Of a DNA stretch of 64,000 nt, positions 57,735 through 64,000 are shown one piece after another. Where the stretch lies: IMG/VR virus record IMGVR_UViG_3300022562_001814, positions 1 through 64,000 of that record; one strand, written 5' to 3'. A program made the translations under genes and the position numbers. How positions within the stretch are numbered: the first letter of the stretch is position 1; every line of letters starts with the position of its first letter. The stretch is from a virus. Under the pieces are notes generated by a model. The model was not told where the DNA came from. It made no database searches and was given only the letters and a program-made list of their open reading frames with translations.

Positions 57735-59021
57735 ATGCCTCGTATGAAATCTGAAATTTTTGAAAATTATTCTCTTATAGCCGATCGTGTAGGTTTAACT
57801 AAATTAGCTGAAGATTCTGCTGAATTAGAAAAATATAAAAATGACGCTGAAGCTAGGGCAGGATCTGATGATATTTCAACCATTGAAGCTCTTTATGGGG
57901 TGAAACCAGATGGACAAAATTATGAATGGAATATAATGGAAATTGCTCATCCAAAATCTGTTATTATTGCACCATCTTATGATAAAATAAATGGATTAGT
58001 AGAAAATAATATAGAACGAAATAGAATTATGAGTAATATTGCTCTTAAACCAACTACTGGTAATCATGCCAATCCTAAATATGCCCAACAAGAATTAATT
58101 ATGGAATTAGTGCGTGTCGGCAATGAAATGGATTCAAGAAATAATGAAGAATTATATAAACTTGCCGATGAATGTTTAATTAATTTACAAAAAGAAGCTT
58201 GGTCTTGGGAAGATGTGGAACAATTTTTTAAAGAAAAAAGCCAAGATGCCCCCGGTATTGGCGAAGGTGCTGCTGCTGGTGCGAGTATTGGCGCAACTAT
58301 TGGTGGATTATTGACTGCTTGGACCGGTGCAGGTATGTTGGCTGGAATTCCGGCTGGCGCAGCAACTGGTGCTGTTATCGGCGGGTTAATTGCCGCCATT
58401 ACTAAAACGGCTCCTCAAGTACAAAATGTTGCTTTAAATGCCGTAGAAGTTTCCGATCAATTAAAAGATTTACGTAAAAAGGTCCCAGAAAGTGAAGCAT
58501 TTTTTCAAGTAATTGATGAAGAATTAAATTCTTTAAGTGCAGCTGCTAATCGATATCAGGCAGCATTAAATACTCTTAAAGGTCACATGTTACAAAAACA
58601 AGATTCAACATCAGATCAATCAGAAGTAACAGAAGCTACTAAACAATTTTTAGAACATGTTGCGATTATCAAAAGTATTCATGGAGAATTTTCACGTAGA
58701 GCTAAAGCCGGCGCTTTTGCCAAAGCTAAACCTGGAAAAGCAATTGCTCCACTTTATTGGTTTATAGCTGATGATGTTGAAGACGTAGAAGATGCGTTTA
58801 CTGCTTTAGAAAATGCAATAGATAGATTAGAAAATGCCACGCAAACGGGTGTACAACAAGCAGCTAAATCCGCCCCAAAATCTTCGCAACCGATTAATCA
58901 ACCAACACAACCAACACAACCAACACAACCAACACAACCAACACAACCAACACAACCAACACAAACATCACCAGAACAAGAACAAGACAAAGGTGAAGAA
59001 TTTTTGCAAGCAATTGAATAA
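57735..59021 (+). CDS. Glycine-zipper virion protein (candidate ejection protein)
   Basis: GAAAGASIGATIGG...GAATGAVIGG; AHP..GLVE..PTTG module; (PTQ)7 tail. Confidence 0.6.
   Translation: MPRMKSEIFENYSLIADRVGLTKLAEDSAELEKYKNDAEARAGSDDISTIEALYGVKPDGQNYEWNIMEIAHPKSVIIAPSYDKINGLVENNIERNRIMSNIALKPTTGNHANPKYAQQELIMELVRVGNEMDSRNNEELYKLADECLINLQKEAWSWEDVEQFFKEKSQDAPGIGEGAAAGASIGATIGGLLTAWTGAGMLAGIPAGAATGAVIGGLIAAITKTAPQVQNVALNAVEVSDQLKDLRKKVPESEAFFQVIDEELNSLSAAANRYQAALNTLKGHMLQKQDSTSDQSEVTEATKQFLEHVAIIKSIHGEFSRRAKAGAFAKAKPGKAIAPLYWFIADDVEDVEDAFTALENAIDRLENATQTGVQQAAKSAPKSSQPINQPTQPTQPTQPTQPTQPTQPTQTSPEQEQDKGEEFLQAIE
58902..58964 (+). repeat. Tandem repeat (CCAACACAA)x7
   Basis: Read directly; encodes (PTQ)7. 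Confidence 0.97.
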
Positions 59022-59103
59022 AATAAAATAAATATATCAATACTATAATATATAGTTAGCATTAGCAAGACCCAGATGTAAGAAATTAATTTAGGATAAT
59101 AAA

Positions 59104-59754
59104 ATGGCTTTAATACTTTTAAATAATGTTGGTCAACCATTTGGCCAATTCGACGGATATGATAATCTTTCACCTCTTGGCGGCGAAGTTGCAAAACTTG
59201 TTCCTTACGCTACAAGTGGTTCAGATCTTCATGCCAAAGATATTGAAGATGGTTATGCAGTTTCAGGCTCACCTCTTTCACAACAAGTTCGTCCAGTTGT
59301 TACATTAACATTAACTGGTTCTGAAACTGAAGGATTATTCCTTTGTGATGAAGGTGTTGCAAATTATGGTACACTTTTTGGTTCAGTTGTTGGTGGGACA
59401 GCTGGTCAAGTTGTAAGTGGTGGTGCGGTTCTTGGACCTAACACAATGACAGGTTCAGGTAAAGTAACACTCTGGAAAAATCCAGGTCTTTATGGCGTTA
59501 CACTTGATGCGCTTAGCTCAAACCTTCAACCAACCGCTAACTTAACTGTTGGTACTCAATTAACCTATACAACTGATGGTAAATTGACTCCACAAGGTGC
59601 TGGCGACGACGCTGGTGGTCCAACAATTGCTTCATTAGTTGAATTCTCGACTGGTGATACATTGGTTACTACACCGCGCTCCTTAACAAGAGTTGGTGTT
59701 CTAGGTGGACAACTTGAATTCAAATATGCTGTAATTAACTTACACCTCGTATAA
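59104..59754 (+). CDS. Abundant structural protein, capsid decoration/cement-like
   Basis: Capsid-like codon usage, Gly/Thr-rich, TMTGSGKVTLWKNPGLY, own terminator. Confidence 0.65.
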   Translation: MALILLNNVGQPFGQFDGYDNLSPLGGEVAKLVPYATSGSDLHAKDIEDGYAVSGSPLSQQVRPVVTLTLTGSETEGLFLCDEGVANYGTLFGSVVGGTAGQVVSGGAVLGPNTMTGSGKVTLWKNPGLYGVTLDALSSNLQPTANLTVGTQLTYTTDGKLTPQGAGDDAGGPTIASLVEFSTGDTLVTTPRSLTRVGVLGGQLEFKYAVINLHLV

Positions 59755-59779
59755 TAGTTAATTAAGTAGTTCAAGATAA

Positions 59780-59810
59780 AAAAGCCTCGGTACTTAGTAT
59801 CGGGGCTTTT
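59780..59810 (+). terminator. Rho-independent terminator
   Basis: AAAAGCCTCGGTAC-TTA-GTATCGGGGCTTTT hairpin followed by a T-rich tract. Confidence 0.8.
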
Positions 59811-59833
59811 AGTTATTTTTTTGGTATGTTAAT

Positions 59834-60436
59834 ATGGATATTTTAAAGTTAGCAAAATTAGCAGATAAATTTGCCGCAATAACAAAATATCAGTATCTAT
59901 ATCATATTCGATCACCAGATTTCAAAGGTAAATTTTTATATCCATTATCTGAGTTAGCTGAAATAGATAAAAGGCTTTATAATAAATCTTTTAATAAATA
60001 CAAGGGCAGAGAAGATTGGATTAATCGTGAAATACCTTTATTAAATTGTAAAGCAACTGACGTAGTTAATTTATCAACTATTAATCCGATAAAACTTTTT
60101 GCTGTAGAAATATTACTTAATATAGAAAAAATAGAAGACAAACAAATATTTAAAATACCGACTTCAATTTTAAAAAATCAAGAATTTGTATTATTTAGTT
60201 ATGACAAAGATCTAAATTATAAATATAAAAAACAAAATATAAATGCTTATAAAGAATGTATTCATGTTCCATTAGATACGGTAGAACATTATATAGAAAG
60301 TAAAAAAAATAAAGAAAGTCCACTTATATTCGAATATGTGCCACATGTCCTTGTTAAAGGAAAGGTGGATATTTCAACAGCAGAACTTATTGATTTTAAA
60401 TCTACGAATATAATAAATTTACTAAATGAATTTTAA
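59834..60436 (+). CDS. Hypothetical protein with LADKF leader
   Basis: 200 aa; YLYH...LYPLSEL...VPHVLVKG. Confidence 0.6.
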   Translation: MDILKLAKLADKFAAITKYQYLYHIRSPDFKGKFLYPLSELAEIDKRLYNKSFNKYKGREDWINREIPLLNCKATDVVNLSTINPIKLFAVEILLNIEKIEDKQIFKIPTSILKNQEFVLFSYDKDLNYKYKKQNINAYKECIHVPLDTVEHYIESKKNKESPLIFEYVPHVLVKGKVDISTAELIDFKSTNIINLLNEF

Positions 60437-60437
60437 T

Positions 60438-60761
60438 TTAACTATTAGGTTCGCTATTTGTTCTTCTTAAGAATTTATTAAATGCCTCTGACAAATCATT
60501 GACTGCTTTTTCTAATATGGGATTTTTATTGCTTTTATCCATACGTTTAATCACCTCCTCCATAACAGCTCTTGATCGGTTTAATTCTTCTACGATTTTT
60601 TTATCTTCTTCATCTCTTCTCTTTTTTTCAGCATCAGAAATAGCTAATGGACCGGTTGGTACAGGTGGGGGGGGTGGTAAACTTCCAGGCATCGGCATAG
60701 GAGTTTGTGCAACTTTAGAAAATTTATTTGCCAGTTTAATAAGATTAAGATATTTTTTCAT
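60438..60761 (-). CDS. Small Pro-rich protein with LIKLANKF-KVAQ leader
   Basis: AGGT SD on the minus strand; leader shared with neighbours. Confidence 0.7.
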   Translation of the reverse strand: MKKYLNLIKLANKFSKVAQTPMPMPGSLPPPPPVPTGPLAISDAEKKRRDEEDKKIVEELNRSRAVMEEVIKRMDKSNKNPILEKAVNDLSEAFNKFLRRTNSEPNS

Positions 60762-60815
60762 TTTTACCTATTATAATATTATATTATTAATATTTAAATA
60801 TTAAATGGAGGGTTA

Positions 60816-61535
60816 ATGTTTATAGCCGTTATTAATCAATCAACTTTAGTATCTAATGTAGAAGTTGATACTATGACTCAAGCCGTGCAAAAACAAATGA
60901 TTTTGCATGTTGCTCCGGCATGGAATCAATTAACGCCAAAAGTTAAATTTATCGCTGATCAAAATAAAATTCCTAAGTACGCTTGGGTTGTGGTGATATT
61001 AGATGATTCCGATCAAGCTGGTACTTTAGGTTATCATTCCGAATCAAACGGTCTTGTTTATGGGGTAGTGTTTGCTCGTCCAGTTTTAGATAATGGTGGT
61101 GTTGTTTTACGAGATACTAGACATAATCAAAATATTAGCGTTGCTTCGGTATTAAGTCATGAAGTGGTTGAAATGTTTGGAGATCGTTATGCTAACGCTT
61201 GGGTAGATGGACCTGTCATTACACAAGGCGGCGAATATGCATTAGAATTGGCTGATGCGGTTGAAGGGGATTTATATGATATCACCGCTTACAATGGAAC
61301 TCTTGTATCAGTATCTAATTTTCTTTTTCCTTCTTGGTTTAATGACCAGGCTACCGCTGATAATTTACCATTTGACTATTTAAAAAAGCTTACAAAACCA
61401 TTTGCTATGACAAGTGGTGGTTATATGATTTTACGTAAATCCGGCGCTATTTCACAAGTTTTTGGCGAAATGATGCCGGAATGGAAACAGACACTTAAGA
61501 AAAATAAAAAACGAAGAAAAATTAAGGATAAATAA
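60816..61535 (+). CDS. Putative zincin-like metalloprotease
   Basis: LGYH...LSHEVVEMFGD...ELADAVE; GGAGG SD. Confidence 0.55.
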   Translation: MFIAVINQSTLVSNVEVDTMTQAVQKQMILHVAPAWNQLTPKVKFIADQNKIPKYAWVVVILDDSDQAGTLGYHSESNGLVYGVVFARPVLDNGGVVLRDTRHNQNISVASVLSHEVVEMFGDRYANAWVDGPVITQGGEYALELADAVEGDLYDITAYNGTLVSVSNFLFPSWFNDQATADNLPFDYLKKLTKPFAMTSGGYMILRKSGAISQVFGEMMPEWKQTLKKNKKRRKIKDK

Positions 61536-62302
61536 TGTCTAATTTAACAGCGTTAGCAAATCATTTTTTTATGCTAATTAAACAAGCAGATCCTATGAAA
61601 GATCCATTGGTTAGATCTGAAAAAGTTTTACCAGAAGTTACTGAAGAAATTGATGATTTAATTAAAGATAGTTTGCAATTAGTTATTTTATTACATCGTG
61701 CTTTTGCAGACTTTAGTAATGAAGCACAAAATTTGGCTGGTGATGATAAATACTTGGCAACTAAATTATCAGAACAAGTAATTTCTGAATTAGATGAGAT
61801 AGAAGATACGTTACAAAGTCCACACCTATTAGAATTTGATTTAAATACGGAATCAACTTTAATTGATTCATTAGATAGTTCATTAAGTATGATAAGAATG
61901 GCATTGAATTTAGTTAAACCAGTACCGGTTCCAGCACCACATTATTATTCAGAATATGAAAAAGTAAGATGGGAAGGTAAGGCTCCTCCCCCTGCTTTCA
62001 AAGCATTAGATCCTAAAGTTCATAAATGGGTATCAGAATTGCAAGAAAATTTTGATAAAATGCATGATTTGGCTATGAGACAATCAGAATTTATGGAAAG
62101 ATATTTTGCTTCTAAACCAATAAGAATGACCGAACAAGAAGAAAAAAATCCAGATGAGTTTTCTTATGAAGATATACATCCAGATTATGATGATGGTCCA
62201 GAATATTTTAGTGATGAAGCTGCTTGGAATGAAATTGAAGATGATGAAGCATTAGCTAAAAGGTTAGAATTAGAAGAACAGGCAGAAAAAGAAGATTGGT
62301 AA
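61535..62302 (+). CDS. Acidic hypothetical protein with LANHF-KQA leader
   Basis: AAGGA SD; 255 aa. Confidence 0.6.
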   Translation: MSNLTALANHFFMLIKQADPMKDPLVRSEKVLPEVTEEIDDLIKDSLQLVILLHRAFADFSNEAQNLAGDDKYLATKLSEQVISELDEIEDTLQSPHLLEFDLNTESTLIDSLDSSLSMIRMALNLVKPVPVPAPHYYSEYEKVRWEGKAPPPAFKALDPKVHKWVSELQENFDKMHDLAMRQSEFMERYFASKPIRMTEQEEKNPDEFSYEDIHPDYDDGPEYFSDEAAWNEIEDDEALAKRLELEEQAEKEDW

Positions 62303-62327
62303 TTATAAATAAATGTAACTAATAACT

Positions 62328-62341
62328 AATATAGAAGCATT
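62328..62341 (+). promoter_or_regulatory. Candidate late promoter AATA-N5-GCATT upstream of the capsid gene
   Basis: The same pattern recurs upstream of several structural genes (see findings). Confidence 0.5.
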
Positions 62342-62400
62342 ACTTCAAGAAGCCTTAAAAGGCAGCTGGGCAACTGGCAAAAACTTTCATAGGATAAATA

Positions 62401-63417
62401 ATGTCAAATTTACTTTTTAATAACCAAGGCGAATTAAACGCCTCTTCAGTTAAAGATGCTTTAGCAACAATTTCTAAACTTGCTGCTAGTACCTTACAAG
62501 ATAACATACCATCTAATACAGGCTTAACTTCATCGGCTCCATCAGATTCAAAACGTGATGAATTAATTTCACGTGCGATGATGACCCCAGAAGGTAAAGT
62601 TGCTCTTGCACAAGCAATGGCAAATCCAATTCGTCGTAACTTGGATTATCATGGAATTGCACGTAGAGCATTAGTGGTAGATCCTCTTGCTCAAGGCGCG
62701 CTTCCAACATACGATCGTGATATCGATGTCTCAGCCGTTGTAATTTCTTCAAACGGTTCGGGACCAGAATCACGCGTCTTTGGTGAACGTATTACTGTTC
62801 CTGAATTTGAAATTTTCTCAAATCCAACAGTACGTATTGCAGAAGTTAAACGTCGTAGATTCAATGTTATTGACCGTGCAGTTCAAAAAGCTCGCCAAGA
62901 AATTATGGCTCAAGAAGACGCTAACGTATTTGCGGCTCTTGATGCAGCGGCTGCTGTTGATAACGTTCTCCAAGATATCGCTGATGCCGGTCTCTTGAAA
63001 CGCGATCTTGTTAACTTGAAACAACAAGTTGACCAATGGGACTTAGTTACAACCAAGTTCTTTATGAACATTTCTGAATTCACTGATATTTTGAAGTGGG
63101 GTTCAGGTGGTGGACAAGGTACCAACGGTGGTGAAGTTGATCCAGTTACACAACGCGAAATTCTCTTAACCGGTCTTTATGCCCGCGTTTGGGGTGCGGA
63201 TATTCTCGTTAGCAAAATCGTTCCACCAGGGACCGTTTATGCTGCTGCTGATCCAGAATTCGTCGGTGTTATGCCAGTTCGTCAAGACATCGAAGTTCTT
63301 CCAGCCGATGAACCAAAACAATTGAAACTTGGTTGGGTTGTTAATGAAATTATCGGTATTGGTATCGTTAATGCTCGTGGCGTTGCGGCCGGGCGGAAAT
63401 CAGTCGGCCCCGCGTAA
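62401..63417 (+). CDS. Major capsid protein (HK97-like fold)
   Basis: 338 aa; strongest codon bias in the window; LAQAMANPIRRNLDY...GLYARVWGADILVS..VPPG...E.IGIGIVN; strong terminator downstream. Confidence 0.85.
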   Translation: MSNLLFNNQGELNASSVKDALATISKLAASTLQDNIPSNTGLTSSAPSDSKRDELISRAMMTPEGKVALAQAMANPIRRNLDYHGIARRALVVDPLAQGALPTYDRDIDVSAVVISSNGSGPESRVFGERITVPEFEIFSNPTVRIAEVKRRRFNVIDRAVQKARQEIMAQEDANVFAALDAAAAVDNVLQDIADAGLLKRDLVNLKQQVDQWDLVTTKFFMNISEFTDILKWGSGGGQGTNGGEVDPVTQREILLTGLYARVWGADILVSKIVPPGTVYAAADPEFVGVMPVRQDIEVLPADEPKQLKLGWVVNEIIGIGIVNARGVAAGRKSVGPA

Positions 63418-63453
63418 TGATTAATTAATTCAATCTTCGTATTGAGTTGATAT

Positions 63454-63488
63454 AAAGTAGAGGCGGCATTAGCCGCCTTTGCTTTTTG
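63454..63488 (+). terminator. Rho-independent terminator
   Basis: AGGCGGC-ATTA-GCCGCCT stem followed by TTGCTTTTT. Confidence 0.85.
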
Positions 63489-63511
63489 TATAAGCTGGTC
63501 GTTATATAATA

Positions 63512-63904
63512 GTGGTAGATAGAAAATCCAAAGTTTTAACTTTTCCAGAATTTTTACCTAAAGAATTATATAAACATTTTATACGTGGCATGATAGATGG
63601 GGATGGTTGGATTTATATTCCAACTAATAATAGGTATTGTCCTAATGTAGGATTACTTGCGACTAGAAATATTAATGATAAATTACAAGAGATTTTTAAT
63701 CAATTAGGGCTGATCTCATATCTCTGTAAAGCATATAAACAAGATATTAATGAAATGTGCGAGATACGTATTAAAAATTATAAACAGTCAAAAGTTCTGC
63801 TTGACTGACTCTATCAAGATTCTACCATTCATTTAAATCGAAAATATAAACTTTATCAAATCTTGAATGATAAATATAATAATTTGAGAGAACAAAATAA
63901 ATAA
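63512..63904 (+). pseudogene. Truncated LAGLIDADG endonuclease (C-terminal half, internal TGA)
   Basis: HFIRGMIDGDG; the frame continues past TGA 63806-63808 as LLD*LYQDSTIHLNRKY. Confidence 0.7.
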
Positions 63905-63924
63905 TAATTGTTATATAATTTATT

Positions 63925-64000
63925 ATGAAGTCTCGTAATTATTTTGATAAACATTTTACTACCCAACGCCGTTCGGAAGGCACTTATTATGATAATGATA
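63925..64000 (+). CDS. Partial ORF running off the window end
   Basis: MKSRNYFDKHFTTQRRSEGTYYDND... Confidence 0.35.
   Translation, partial: MKSRNYFDKHFTTQRRSEGTYYDND

Noticed and set aside
56002-58964. Tandem repeats as a possible CRISPR array
   Set aside because: They are 9-nt head-to-tail units with no spacers, in frame within coding sequence; no cas operon is present.
941-63125. Numerous 60-145 aa minus-strand or alternate-frame ORFs in the track
   Set aside because: They lie inside well-supported plus-strand genes and have no SD or recognisable motifs; only 5424-5591 and 60438-60761 are kept.
63806-63808. TGA at a position where Trp is expected, suggesting stop-codon reassignment
   Set aside because: TGA and TAG end many intact, tightly packed genes (TGA at 3634, 6365, 11365; TAG at 6564, 11954, 30727) and Trp is TGG elsewhere; this is a nonsense mutation in a pseudogene.
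1-64000. tRNA or rRNA genes
   Set aside because: No cloverleaf or rRNA-like segment was recognised in the short intergenic gaps; a tRNAscan-SE/Infernal run would be needed to exclude them formally.

Overview
This strongly AT-rich window is almost entirely + strand, uses the standard genetic code (TAA, TAG and TGA all act as stops), and comes from a large (jumbo-type) tailed dsDNA phage. Bases 1 to about 28 kb form a replication, recombination and host-takeover module: TopA, SbcCD, dNMP kinase, a PD-(D/E)XK nuclease, DnaE, RecA, an SSB, RuvC and a primase apparently split over two genes. This module also carries ribosome and proteostasis genes (bS21, a peptide deformylase with a SEC-C tail, trigger factor, DnaJ, a free FtsH-like peptidase) and a sigma-region-4-like HTH protein interrupted by a mini-intein. 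About 28.6 to 63.4 kb is a head morphogenesis module: terminase, intein-containing portal, prohead protease/scaffold, two paralogous decoration-like proteins, the major capsid protein and about 25 unknown or cargo-like proteins. The most striking unexplained signal is a shared grammar across these head proteins: recurrent K-x-A(Q/S/G) sites, a repeated helical module that ends at such a site, a short LAxxF leader and an AHP..GxVE..PTG module. Together these suggest a protease-cleavable capsid-targeting system. Also seen are nested internal starts in the protease gene, two candidate phage promoter classes, a repeat-associated frameshift and several decaying homing endonucleases. All calls come from motifs read by eye; no database search was run.
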